DNA of 64,000 nucleotides, from the NCBI GenBank assembly GCA_965223345.1, contig CBDCWG010000012.1, positions 1,600,001 to 1,664,000 on the forward strand, read 5' to 3'. The stretch's first letter is position 1. Each line of letters opens with the position of its first letter. The notes beneath the pieces are model-generated. The model saw only the letters and a program-made list of their open reading frames with translations. It made no database searches and had not been told where the DNA came from. The DNA is from Nitrospinales bacterium. GTDB taxonomy: Bacteria; Nitrospinota; Nitrospinia; Nitrospinales; VA-1. The position numbers were made by a program, and so were the translations under genes. Shown piece after piece: positions 18,830 through 28,931 of the stretch.

Positions 18830-20560
18830 CTATCGATCTATGCTTCCTTCGGGGCGCACGTGACGGAAATCGACCCGCTGCAAGGCCTCATGGGAGCAGG
18901 CCTGAACGCAGGCGGGACCGCCCAGTTGATCGACGCACAGGTCGCATTTGGTCGCTTTGAGAATCGGCTTGCGCGTTTCGGCGTCGAGGATGGGTTTGCC
19001 TTTCTTGTCGTTGATTCCCACCATGCGGATGTTCGCATAGGGGCAGGAATTGGCGCAGGTCTCGCATCCGATGCAGGTGTCGTCGTTGATCACCACCGTC
19101 CCTTCGGACAGGGTGCGGTGGATGGCTCCGGTGGGGCAGCCGATCAGGCACACGGGATCGACACAGTGCATGCAGGCGTTCGCCACCATCCAGCGGCCGT
19201 AGGTTTTCCCGTGCCGGATGAACCTCGGGTTGCCTTCGTGGGCCGTGGCGCAGGCGTTGACGCAGTCGTCGCAGCGGACACAACGGTCCAGGTTGATCAG
19301 CATCGCCTGGGTGCCGTTGATGAACCGCTCCTGCACGGTCCATTCTACCAGAGCTTCATCGGCCATGGTCTGTTTAAATAAATCGGTCATCCGCCGGTGA
19401 TTCGACGGGGAGCGTTCGTTGTGGTGGCGCGTGCCGTGATGGACGGTTTCCCATTGCGGGAAAACGTATTTTTCCAGGATCTTCGCGGGGATCTGCAGGA
19501 TGTCCACATAACCCAGTGCGGTGATCGATACTTTGTAGGAAACGTCCTTTTCGCCCTTCCAGGCGAGATACAGCTCGTCGGCGCCGTAGAAGTTGCCCAT
19601 TCCCAGATAGGTGATCGTGTGGTCGCCGTCCTCGCGCTTGACGGAGACGCGCGCAAAGCCCGCGCGCACGAGCAGCAGGTCGTCCGGATAGTCGCCCTGC
19701 CGGGCGATGAGCGGCTCGTGGTGGATGCCCGCTTTACCCATATTGCGCAGGTTTTTGTAGGAAACCGTCCAGTCGTAGGTGCCGTAGGATTGGAACATGG
19801 TGTTCTGCGCCACATCCTTGAGCGCCGTTTCGTCCAGGTGCTCGAAGATGGAAATCTTGCGGAGAAATGAGATCAGGGCGTTTTCGCTGTAGCGCTTTTC
19901 GATCATGCGGCGCCAGTTTTCGTCGTATTTGCGCAGTTCGCGCAGACCCTGCCAGCGGATTTCCAGCAACTCAGAATAGGTTTCGGAGAAAATCGTCGCG
20001 GTGCGCGGGATGCGTCCCAGCGCTGCCAGCTCGCCAAACAGGTCGCCGGTTTCCAGGATGGCGGTGCGGTTGGCGTCGAGCACCGTGGGGATGTCCTGCA
20101 GAAACACGTGGCTCTGCGTCGCGTCGTTTTCGTTTTTGTGGATGGCCTGCTGGCTGTAGCGAGACGGATCGCGCACCTCGGGGATCTTGCGGTTGGTCCA
20201 GAGCTGGGACAGGGCTTGCAGAATGCTCTTGCGCGGTGTTTTTTTGCGGCCGAGCAGGGCGTCCGGCAGGCCGGGGGACAGCACCACGCGCAGTCGGCCG
20301 TTCAAAGCCAGAAACGCCGAGTTGCCGTAGTCGCCTTCGCGGATCACGATGTCGCCCGGTTTGAAGCGGACGATGCGGGTGTCGTTCTTGAGAATGCCTT
20401 TCAGAGGCGTGTCGGGCGGAAAGCGGTCCTTCTCGATCGCCGCGATTTCGGGAACCGCGAGCAGTTTCTGCACGTCGTATTCCGTCATTTCGGGACCGAA
20501 GGGGTTGTTCCAGCGGTCCGGCTGTGCAATTTGAGTGACGACTTCCACGCTTTGTGCCAT
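18830..20560 (-). CDS. Two cNMP-binding-like domains fused to a DmsB/NrfC-like 4x[4Fe-4S] domain
   Basis: IREGDYG...FGELAALGRIPRTAT; second degenerate cNMP domain; CVRCDDCVNAC, CMHCVDPVCLIGCP, CIGCETCANSCP, CDLC...ACVQAC. Confidence 0.92.
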   Translation of the reverse strand: MAQSVEVVTQIAQPDRWNNPFGPEMTEYDVQKLLAVPEIAAIEKDRFPPDTPLKGILKNDTRIVRFKPGDIVIREGDYGNSAFLALNGRLRVVLSPGLPDALLGRKKTPRKSILQALSQLWTNRKIPEVRDPSRYSQQAIHKNENDATQSHVFLQDIPTVLDANRTAILETGDLFGELAALGRIPRTATIFSETYSELLEIRWQGLRELRKYDENWRRMIEKRYSENALISFLRKISIFEHLDETALKDVAQNTMFQSYGTYDWTVSYKNLRNMGKAGIHHEPLIARQGDYPDDLLLVRAGFARVSVKREDGDHTITYLGMGNFYGADELYLAWKGEKDVSYKVSITALGYVDILQIPAKILEKYVFPQWETVHHGTRHHNERSPSNHRRMTDLFKQTMADEALVEWTVQERFINGTQAMLINLDRCVRCDDCVNACATAHEGNPRFIRHGKTYGRWMVANACMHCVDPVCLIGCPTGAIHRTLSEGTVVINDDTCIGCETCANSCPYANIRMVGINDKKGKPILDAETRKPILKATKCDLCVDQLGGPACVQACSHEALQRVDFRHVRPEGSIDR

Positions 20561-20600
20561 TCCTATTTGCCCGTCTGCCTCATACTTGCGGATAGAGAAA

Positions 20601-20630
20601 GGCGGCTCCCCGGAAATTCCGGGAGCCGCC
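20601..20630 (-). terminator. Intra-operon hairpin after the tetraheme gene
   Basis: GGCGGCTCCC...GGGAGCCGCC stem followed by TTTCTCT on the minus strand. Confidence 0.65.
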
Positions 20631-20649
20631 GCAGGGCTGCATGAACCCC

Positions 20650-21624
20650 TTATTTGTAATCGTCTTTTTTAGGCAGCAACTTGCCCACCTGCCCGGACAG
20701 ATCCTTGCCCTTGATGGCGGCCACCAGTTTGCGGGCGTTCTGCTCGCTGGGTTTGGCGATCAGGGCCTTGGCTTCGGGAATGCCTTTCAGATGCGACAGG
20801 GCGGCTTTGGCGTCGGCAACGCGTTTCTGCTGGGCGGTTACGTATTTTTCGTTGTCCGAGCGCGTCAGCACCGAGTTGGCCGAAACCAGTTTCGCGGCCT
20901 GGCCGATGACGAACATCTCCGCCAGTTCCTGGGGCGTCATCTCCGCATTGACCTTGACGTTGGGCGGATAATAACGATGCCGCACGGTCCCCTGGGAGTA
21001 TTTGACCAGCTCGAAATCCGGGTTGATCGGGTGACCGGCGTCCAGCATCTTGGCCAGCAGTTCCGGTTTGAGATCGGGGTTGGCCAGTCCGTGACAGAAC
21101 ATGCAGTTCGCCGCCACGTCGAATTTCATCGTCGGCCAGATGAGCCCGGCTTCGGTGGATTTTTTGATTCGCATCGCTTTGTGCTGCGGCGTCTCCTGTT
21201 CCTTTTCGACATCTTTGCCGCCATAGTTATCGTGAATTTCGAGATAATCGGAAGAGGGGCCGTGGCAGCTCTCGCAGGATGTGCCGGACTTGGCCACCGC
21301 TTTCGCGTCGGCGTCCTTTTGTTCCATGGTGTAGTGGCACAGACTGCAGGTTTCGTTTTTCTTCATGTTTTTCGAACCCCCCACCGCTTTCAGGATCTTT
21401 TTCGGCGAGGGCTTCTTTTTGTCCTTGGGTTCCCGGTGGGCGTCGCGGAAGGATTTGAAATGCTTGGTTTCCTTCCAGACTTTGTATTCGGCTTCATGGC
21501 ATTCCATGCAGACCTTGACCCCTTTGAAATACGGTTGGGCGGCGGCCGGAGACGCCAGTAAAAGGACCGCGAATGAAATCAATACTACGGGCAACCATCG
21601 CAATGTGCTTTTCAATGAGTTCAT
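20650..21624 (-). CDS. Periplasmic tetraheme cytochrome c (c554-like domain)
   Basis: Signal peptide ending AAA; CMECH, CSLCH, CESCHGP, CMFCH. Confidence 0.9.
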   Translation of the reverse strand: MNSLKSTLRWLPVVLISFAVLLLASPAAAQPYFKGVKVCMECHEAEYKVWKETKHFKSFRDAHREPKDKKKPSPKKILKAVGGSKNMKKNETCSLCHYTMEQKDADAKAVAKSGTSCESCHGPSSDYLEIHDNYGGKDVEKEQETPQHKAMRIKKSTEAGLIWPTMKFDVAANCMFCHGLANPDLKPELLAKMLDAGHPINPDFELVKYSQGTVRHRYYPPNVKVNAEMTPQELAEMFVIGQAAKLVSANSVLTRSDNEKYVTAQQKRVADAKAALSHLKGIPEAKALIAKPSEQNARKLVAAIKGKDLSGQVGKLLPKKDDYK

Positions 21625-23000
21625 GAGCCTTCTTTTAAATATTTGTTAATTAAGCTTAAATTCGAGTTTGACGGTGTGTCTGAAATTTTCTGGCGCTCTG
21701 TCGATTGCTTTTACAGGCGCTTGAATGTGGATTCGGATCGTTCCGTACTCAAAGTTCCTAAAAAACGCCGGCTTTGACAAGTCATTTTTCAAAAAATATA
21801 CGCGAATGCCGATTTCGTATAAATGGAGATTTAAAAGCAGAAAAAATGCCAAAGAATTAATTTTAACTGAAAATTTTTTCTTAGCGAAAAATCAATCTTT
21901 TTTAGGATTAGAGTTAAATAATCTTTTGAAAATTTGTTTAAAATCGAATAAATAAATATCAAATGTTATCTTTCGATACAACGGCAATGTTCCTTCAACC
22001 GCAAGACCTTGAGCGTTCGTCTTCCCGGCCGGTTTCAAGCAAAACAACCCCAGATCCAGGGCAAAACCGAAGCTCAAGGTGGGGTGTGCGTGAGCGCGGG
22101 GTGTCGATGAATCCACGAATGAGCGTTCCGAATCGATCCGGGCGCCACAGGATGGATGGAATAGGAGACACTCGGAGGTAAGACAGTCCCTTTTTTATGC
22201 CAGCAAGGGCTCAGACCGAAGCGATCCCCCAGCTTTCCCGCCGTCAGCGCGAAAACCCCATCGCTCTTTTGATTTCAAAGTGTGTCTCTATTCTAACACC
22301 ATTTTCGGGTGAAGCCTATCCATCGTCGCGGTGTTTTTGCCTTAGAGCCGCTGAGACGGGTTTTTTTTCAGTTTCCCAGAATGAGACTAAAAGACTGGCA
22401 ATAATGGTAAATCTATTTGAGATTTTCGTGCTCGCGGGTTGAAGTTGAGAGTGAAATTTGTCAATCAAGGCTATATTTTATATTAATTTATGTTGATTTT
22501 GCCTTGTTGTGGGACGTCGGCTTATCATCTTTAAGAATGGGAGAATTATCACAAAATTTGCAGTGGGAAAGGTCCCGGGATTGATATAAAATCAAAACAA
22601 TTGGTCAATAAAACCAATATTTCACCTTCTGTGTAAATTTTAGGGGGCGGGCGAACCCTGATTGTAAAGCCGTGTTTTGCGGTTTCATTCAAGTCAACCT
22701 GTTACTGTAAGGCAGAACGAGACCCGGTGGAGCGGGTGTGAAAATAGTGTTAATTTAGTGGCCTCTGTTTAAAAAAATATAAATTTATTCAGGGGTTGGT
22801 GAGACTAATCTGATGGAAAGGTTTGATAAGTCACGGGTTTAAATTTTAGTTCTATTTGGCCTGGGTTTTGCTCTGTTTTCATCTAATAAATACCGGATAC
22901 AGGGTAGCTGAAATTGCGGTTTGGCCGGCTGGCAGCCCGATTTCGCTTCTGGGCAGATATATTACGGAATTAAGTGATGTTTTTTTGGGGAGAAAGAAAC

Positions 23001-24995
23001 ATGACCGGACAAACTGAGGGTTCAGTGCATCGGATGCCATTTAGGATGCGAATCATAGCGACAATAGGGCTGGCCATTCTGGCGGGGGGCGTCCTGGTTT
23101 CCTGTCAGGCTCCTTTGATGGAAGCGGAAAAAGACAAGATGGCGATGTCGGAAGCCGAAGGCGAAGGCAAGAAGATGATGGCCGACGGGGACGACAAGAT
23201 GGCCATGAAAAAGATGGCCGATGGATCCGCTGAATCCGGCAAAATGATGGCCGATAAGAAGATGATGAAGGGCGAAGGCGGCGAATGGGAAGCCAAAAAG
23301 GCTTCGGATGAGAAAGCCGAAACGCCCGAAGACGCGTTCGCGCAGCATGAAGCGTTGTTCGCTGAAAACCGCTATCCATCGGCGGCGACCTGCCGGACCT
23401 GTCATCCGAAGCACTACAAGGAATGGTCGGTCTCCCAGCATTCGTACGCCCAGATCAGCCCGATCTATCTTTCTCTCAACAACAAGATCAACCAGTTGAC
23501 CCAGGGCACCATGGGCGATTTCTGTCTGCGCTGTCACAGCCCGGTGGGCGCCAACCTGGGAGAATCTCCCTATCAGTCCAACCTCACGCGGCATCCGACT
23601 TCACGGGAAGGGATCACCTGTGTGGTGTGTCACCGCTTGAACCAGGCTTACAACAAGGTCAGCGGCCGGTTGGCGCTGGAAGAGGGCGACCTGCTGACGC
23701 CGGTGTTTGGGCCGACAGGAAATAAAGAGCTTTCCCGTGTCCTGGACAACCGGGACGAATACCGGGTGGTCACCAAAAAGGAAGGCAAGGGCCGAAAGAT
23801 CCACACCAAGGCCAAGCAGTTTGCGGGCATCACCACGCCCACGTTCTGCGGTTCCTGTCACGATGTGACCCTGTTCAACGGATTCCGCCTGGAAGAGGCG
23901 TTCAGTGAATACCGGTTGTCTCCGGCCGCCAAGAAAGGCGTGACCTGCCAGGATTGTCACATGGGCAAGATCCAGGGCATTCCGTCCGGCTATGAGCACG
24001 GGCCGGCGGCGGTGGTCGGCGGCAAGAAAACCAAGCCGCGCAAGATCACCAGTCACTTTTTCGCGGGGCCCGACTATTCGGTCGTGCACCCGGGTATTTT
24101 CCCGCACAACTCCGACGCGCAGGAAATGGCGACGCTCGAAGAGTGGCTCAAGTTCGACTACAGGGCCGGATGGGGCACGGATGAATTCGAGGACACCGTT
24201 TCCGACGATTACAAGTTTCCCGAACGCTGGAGTTCGGCGACCGACCGCTACGACGCGCGGGAGATCATCGAGTATCAGCAGGGACGGCTGGCGCTCATCA
24301 AGGAAAAACGCATGGAAGTGCTGCGCAACGGGTTCCACCTCGGCAGCATCATGACGGAAAAAGCGGATAAGAACGGCATCCGCTTCAAAGTGCAGGTTAA
24401 AAACGCCACCGACGGGCACAACGTGCCCACCGGGTTCACCGGCGAACGGCTGGTGTGGCTGCACGTCATGGTGAAAGACAGCGACGGAACCGTCATATTC
24501 CAATCGGGAGACCTCGATCCCAACGGGGATCTCAGGGATCAGGAGTCCTCCTACGTCCACAACGGGGAAGCCCCGCTGGACAATCAGCTTTTCAACCTGC
24601 AGTCGCGGTTTGTCGTCGATAACTTAAGGGGCGGCGAACGCGAACGCGTCATTCCCATTCCATACCCCCAGACCGCGATTCCCTTTGTGCGGCCTTCCGT
24701 TCAGTCTCTCATTCTGAGCGGCGAGCCGACCACGGAGCGCAATCACAGGAAAGGCATCGAGCCTTTGGGACATCGCTGGGCCGAGTACAAGATCGATAAG
24801 GAAGCCCTTACCGGTAAAGGCCCGTATATGGCTCACATCGAGCTCAAGATGGCCATGGTTCCCGCCAATCTGGTGGAGGCGATCCAGGATGTGGGATTCG
24901 ATTTTCACATGACTCCGAGAGAGGTGGGCGATGCGGTGGCGGAAGGCCACGCCATTCTCTGGGAGAAAGAAGTCGAAATCAACGTGGTCGAATAG
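23001..24995 (+). CDS. Pentaheme cytochrome c lipoprotein with Met/Lys/Asp-rich linker
   Basis: Lipobox LVSC; CRTCH, CLRCH, CVVCH, CGSCH, CQDCH; GHNVPTG C-terminal domain; exact start uncertain. Confidence 0.88.
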   Translation: MTGQTEGSVHRMPFRMRIIATIGLAILAGGVLVSCQAPLMEAEKDKMAMSEAEGEGKKMMADGDDKMAMKKMADGSAESGKMMADKKMMKGEGGEWEAKKASDEKAETPEDAFAQHEALFAENRYPSAATCRTCHPKHYKEWSVSQHSYAQISPIYLSLNNKINQLTQGTMGDFCLRCHSPVGANLGESPYQSNLTRHPTSREGITCVVCHRLNQAYNKVSGRLALEEGDLLTPVFGPTGNKELSRVLDNRDEYRVVTKKEGKGRKIHTKAKQFAGITTPTFCGSCHDVTLFNGFRLEEAFSEYRLSPAAKKGVTCQDCHMGKIQGIPSGYEHGPAAVVGGKKTKPRKITSHFFAGPDYSVVHPGIFPHNSDAQEMATLEEWLKFDYRAGWGTDEFEDTVSDDYKFPERWSSATDRYDAREIIEYQQGRLALIKEKRMEVLRNGFHLGSIMTEKADKNGIRFKVQVKNATDGHNVPTGFTGERLVWLHVMVKDSDGTVIFQSGDLDPNGDLRDQESSYVHNGEAPLDNQLFNLQSRFVVDNLRGGERERVIPIPYPQTAIPFVRPSVQSLILSGEPTTERNHRKGIEPLGHRWAEYKIDKEALTGKGPYMAHIELKMAMVPANLVEAIQDVGFDFHMTPREVGDAVAEGHAILWEKEVEINVVE

Positions 24996-25058
24996 ACTCT
25001 TGTTCGATCAAGGGTCTGGCACGAACTATTGTCAACGTTGCATCTAGGGGACACACGC

Positions 25059-26495
25059 ATGAAGTATGCCAAGTTTGGATGGGGTTTTGTCTCGAAAGCG
25101 GCCGCGGCGGTGATCCTGTGGCACACGGCCCTGGCGCCACAAGGGGCCTGGGCGGATAGCTGGTTCTCCGCCATCGGGGAAAAATCCGAGGTGAGCCGCC
25201 TGTCGGACGAGCAGATTCCGTTCGCGGGTGTGGAGGGGCTGCCTCCACGCCCGGGATTGATCTGGGAGTTCGGAGACAATTTCCTCGATTCCGGGAACCT
25301 GTATTCGGGCTTCGAGCTGCCGACCGGTGCGGTCTGGCAGCCGCGCCTGTGGTTGTTCGCCACCCTGCGCACCGCGCTGCAGACCTTCGACGACGGGGTG
25401 AACCCCACCTCGACGGAGTGGGTGAACCGTCTGGATCTGTTCGCCAATCTGCAGCTCACCGGCACCGAAAAGCTGGTTTTCGGCATCCGTCCTTTCGACC
25501 GCAACCGCCCCGACCGCTTCTCGGGCTACCAGTTCGAACCGGATAACGACGACGGCTTTCAGGAGGACCTCAACGCCGATATCCGCACGTTCTTCTTCGA
25601 GGGCGACCTGGGCAGCATGTTCCCCAACCTCGACCGCAACGGCTTCACCGCGCTCGACTACGGTTTTTCAGTAGGGCGGCAACCCCTGCTTTTTCAGGAA
25701 GGGATTCTGATCAACGACACGGTGGACGCCCTGGGGCTGGTGCGCAACAACATCCGCCTTCCCGGTGTCTCCAACCTCAGGGTCTCGTTTGTCTGGGGCT
25801 GGAACGAGCTGGGCCGCAGCGACGCCCGGCTCAGGGACACCACGCACATGTTCGGGCTGTTCAACTCGATGGATCTGAACGTCAGCACCGTGAACATCGA
25901 CATGGCCTACGTTTCCGATTCTAACTCCAGCGTCGGCCAGGACAGCTTCAACATCGGTCTCTCCGCAACCCAGCGCATCGGGCATTTCAACACCACGTTC
26001 CGGGTCAACAGCTCGATCGCCGAAGACGGGGACACGCTGGCGGCGGCGGACGGCACCCTGCTGTCGGCGGAAGTTTCCTGGACGCCGGAATCCTCGGACG
26101 ACATCATCTACATAAACACATTTTACACGATCGAAAACTACACCCAGGTGGGACGCGAACCGGTGGTGGGTGGACCGCTGGGCTCGCTGGGTATTCTGTT
26201 TGCCTCACCGAGCATCGGCAACTTTCTGGCCGAGCTCAATCCGTTTGCCAATGAAGTGGCGGGTGGTGCGCTGGGATACCAGGCGTTCTGGGACAATCAC
26301 AAGCGCAACCTGATTCTGGAAATCGCCGGCCGCCAGGACACCAGCGGCGACAACAATTCCGACTTCGCTGTGGGATTCCAGTTGCAGCAGCAGATCCATC
26401 AACGCATTCAGCTGCAGTTCGACGGCCACTACTCCATCCTGGAAGGCCGGGACAACGGCTACGGCGGCCGAACGGAAATCCTCGTCCAGTTCTGA
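25059..26495 (+). CDS. Putative outer-membrane beta-barrel protein
   Basis: Signal peptide ending AWA; amphipathic beta-strand pattern; C-terminal ILVQF. Confidence 0.75.
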   Translation: MKYAKFGWGFVSKAAAAVILWHTALAPQGAWADSWFSAIGEKSEVSRLSDEQIPFAGVEGLPPRPGLIWEFGDNFLDSGNLYSGFELPTGAVWQPRLWLFATLRTALQTFDDGVNPTSTEWVNRLDLFANLQLTGTEKLVFGIRPFDRNRPDRFSGYQFEPDNDDGFQEDLNADIRTFFFEGDLGSMFPNLDRNGFTALDYGFSVGRQPLLFQEGILINDTVDALGLVRNNIRLPGVSNLRVSFVWGWNELGRSDARLRDTTHMFGLFNSMDLNVSTVNIDMAYVSDSNSSVGQDSFNIGLSATQRIGHFNTTFRVNSSIAEDGDTLAAADGTLLSAEVSWTPESSDDIIYINTFYTIENYTQVGREPVVGGPLGSLGILFASPSIGNFLAELNPFANEVAGGALGYQAFWDNHKRNLILEIAGRQDTSGDNNSDFAVGFQLQQQIHQRIQLQFDGHYSILEGRDNGYGGRTEILVQF

Positions 26496-26840
26496 TAACC
26501 GCCCTCTGGGCGGTGCCAACCGCAAGCCGGTTTCATTCCGCTTCCCTTTTGAAAAATTTTAGCGAACGACCGAAGATCGCGGCGACGCAGCGGATCAAGC
26601 GTCCGCCGGGATCGGCGTCGCGCCGAAACCCCTGCGCCCGGCGCGGCCAGTCTGGGAAAGCCTTTGAGGCCGTGGGGATTTTCTGGCCCCCCGAAAACCG
26701 GGGGCCGAGAAAAATTCCCATGCTGTTGTGCGGATGGTGTTTGTGGTGGTGCGGATGACGAAGGGAGTGGTGTTCGGGTTGGTGCGATCCGGTGTTGTGT
26801 CGAAGGCTGTGTTTACATCAACTTTTCTGTCGTAAAGAAC

Positions 26841-27086
26841 TCAGCCCTCGACAAAGATCCGGGACCGATCCGAAAGTTTGAAACCCAAAGCCAAAAGAAT
26901 TTTGCGTTTGGTGTCCAAGCGGCAATCGTAACCCTTTTCAATCCTGTCGATCGTTTGGACGGTGACTCCGGCTTTGCGCGCCAGCTCCGCTTTGCTCATC
27001 ATTCTCGCTTCGCGTGTTTGCCGGACTTTGTTTTCCTTCTTGACGTCCGAATCGACCCCTACTGCGTTTTTAGAAAGTGTGACCAT
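26841..27086 (-). CDS. XRE-family HTH regulator (paralog 1)
   Basis: MMSKAELARKAGVTVQTIDRIEKG; GGAG RBS before ATG 27086. Confidence 0.88.
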   Translation of the reverse strand: MVTLSKNAVGVDSDVKKENKVRQTREARMMSKAELARKAGVTVQTIDRIEKGYDCRLDTKRKILLALGFKLSDRSRIFVEG

Positions 27087-27483
27087 AATTAAAACTCCAA
27101 TATCAATCCCTCCGGAATCCCCTGAGCTTTGATGCTTTTTGTTAATATTATTGAGAAAATTACCCTTAAATTGCAATACCCTAAATGAGGGGTAAATCTA
27201 TCATCGGCAGGGGGAATCCCATCCCGCATCCGGACGGCGAAACCCGCGGAAATTCAACTGAAAAGGAATGAAGGGGGCGGGGCCTCATCCGGCAATCTGC
27301 CGGGTTGCGGGGCACGGCCGGCGTTTGCCCGCAAGAGGCGCCTGAAAAATAATTACAAAAGTACCACTTGTTATACATTTCGATACATCTTCGCGATCCG
27401 GGCCATCGCGGGCGGCGCGGACCCTGTCCTGAAAATCGTTGATATTGGAGTGCTTACTGAAATTCCGGGCGCAAGCTGCGGTT

Positions 27484-27499
27484 TGGCACCCATTCTGCT
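27484..27499 (+). promoter_or_regulatory. Sigma-54 promoter upstream of the LuxR-type gene
   Basis: TGGCAC-CCATT-CTGCT (GG-N10-GC). Confidence 0.6.
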
Positions 27500-27751
27500 T
27501 ATAACAAAGGATATTCCAGCAGTTTTTTCAAACAACGTCACAGCTTGCAAGAAACGCACGAGGCGAGAGGGGTCTGTCGCTGAGAAAAAGCCTGAAAAAC
27601 CGGCTTTTTTCGCTGTAGACCGGTTCGGGAAGGTTTCATTTTTCGACTTCTACCCCAAAGGGGTGAGTTCGGAGTTCCGGCCCGGCCGCAAATTTCGGTT
27701 TGAAAAATCGTACTTTATCGCAGATTCGATAGGGGAAAGAGGTAGAAAATC

Positions 27752-28870
27752 ATGGGAAAAATTCAAATGCGCCACACTCTTTCCGAAAAAGACACCGCGC
27801 AGCTTGAAGAAGTCATCGCCCGCTTGCACACGGCCGAGACCCGCGCGGCTCTCAAGGAAGTGGTTTCCTCGCTGCTGCTGCCGCTGTTGAAAGCCGACTC
27901 CGCGTTGTACGCGTGGACCGACTCCAACCTGCTGCAACCCAAACTCATCGATTGCGTTCACATTCCGGAAAAAGACATCCCGGCGATCAAGAAGTTTGTC
28001 ACGCAGGATCCCATGGCGGGTTACCTGCTGACCCACGAGTCTCCGGTCATCGCGCGCGACATCGCTTTGAACAACAACAATGCCTCGCCGGCGACGGATC
28101 TGTTCACCAAAGGCAAATCCCGCATCAAGAAAGGCTACAGCTATTTCAGCCTGTCGCGGTCGGAAGTCATCACGCTGGCGTTGCGCGATCTGAACCTGGG
28201 CGCCGGCATCCACCGCAAGATCGCCACCGGCAAACCCTGGACGGTGCGGGACGTGCGGCTGATGGAGTTGATCCGCCCGCATTTTCTCATGTGCGTCAAG
28301 TCGATCGTGCTCAGCGAGGAACTGGCCCGGCACCGGTCCATCGTCGATATCCTGGCGGACTCGCCGACGGCGATCGCGCTGGTGGATGGGGACATGCAGA
28401 TCACCTACAGCAACCGCACCTGGAACGAGTCCCTCGTTTACGAATCGGGACAAAAGCTGCCGCAGGATCTGACGGTGCTTTTGATGAAGGAAAAATACAA
28501 GGCGGATCCCATGCTGGATATCGAGCAGCCTGCGGACGAGCCGGCGAACTTTCAGTTTGGCGACCAGGATTATCAATTGAGTTTCACACCGGTCCGCCCG
28601 CACGAAGGGGGCAAAAACGGCGCCTGGCTGCTGCAGCTCAAACCCTGGGTCGAACCCAATTCCAAGCTCGAGGATGTGATGCGCAAGGCGGGACTGACGC
28701 GCCGGGAGCGGGAAGCCTGCGGTTTGATCCGTCAGGGCATCGAGCTGGACGAAATCGCGAAACAGCTTTTTATCAGCCCGCACACGGTGCGGACGCATCT
28801 GAAGCGGATTCATCAGAAACTGGGGGTTCACACCCGCTCGCAGTTGATGGCTGCGTTGAACCCGCGCTGA
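27752..28870 (+). CDS. LuxR-type HTH regulator with N-terminal sensory (GAF/PAS-like) region
   Basis: C-terminal GLTRREREACGLIRQG...EIAKQLFISPHTVRTHLKRIHQKLGV. Confidence 0.88.
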   Translation: MGKIQMRHTLSEKDTAQLEEVIARLHTAETRAALKEVVSSLLLPLLKADSALYAWTDSNLLQPKLIDCVHIPEKDIPAIKKFVTQDPMAGYLLTHESPVIARDIALNNNNASPATDLFTKGKSRIKKGYSYFSLSRSEVITLALRDLNLGAGIHRKIATGKPWTVRDVRLMELIRPHFLMCVKSIVLSEELARHRSIVDILADSPTAIALVDGDMQITYSNRTWNESLVYESGQKLPQDLTVLLMKEKYKADPMLDIEQPADEPANFQFGDQDYQLSFTPVRPHEGGKNGAWLLQLKPWVEPNSKLEDVMRKAGLTRREREACGLIRQGIELDEIAKQLFISPHTVRTHLKRIHQKLGVHTRSQLMAALNPR

Positions 28871-28931
28871 GGAAAACGGTCACCGAACGAGTCGGCAGTA
28901 TCCACGCTTTACAGAAAGTGAGTGAATTTAC

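Noticed and set aside
22055..22100. c-di-GMP-I riboswitch-like start (GGGCAAAACC)
   Set aside because: The following GNRA stem and GCAAAGC/second stem could not be found.
22581..22595. FNR/CRP-like box TTGAT...ATCAA in the divergent region
   Set aside because: The spacer is 5 nt rather than the canonical 4, in AT-rich sequence where chance matches are likely.
20650..24995. Assigning the multiheme proteins as HAO, NrfA or MtrA
   Set aside because: Heme counts (4, 5, 10) and spacing do not fit octaheme HAO, there is no CxxCK for NrfA, and the decaheme is membrane-anchored with a large heme-free insert unlike MtrA.
26720..26758. 12-aa ORF MLLCGWCLWWCG as a possible RiPP or leader peptide
   Set aside because: No RBS and no adjacent modifying enzymes; the composition follows from the G/T-skewed tract.
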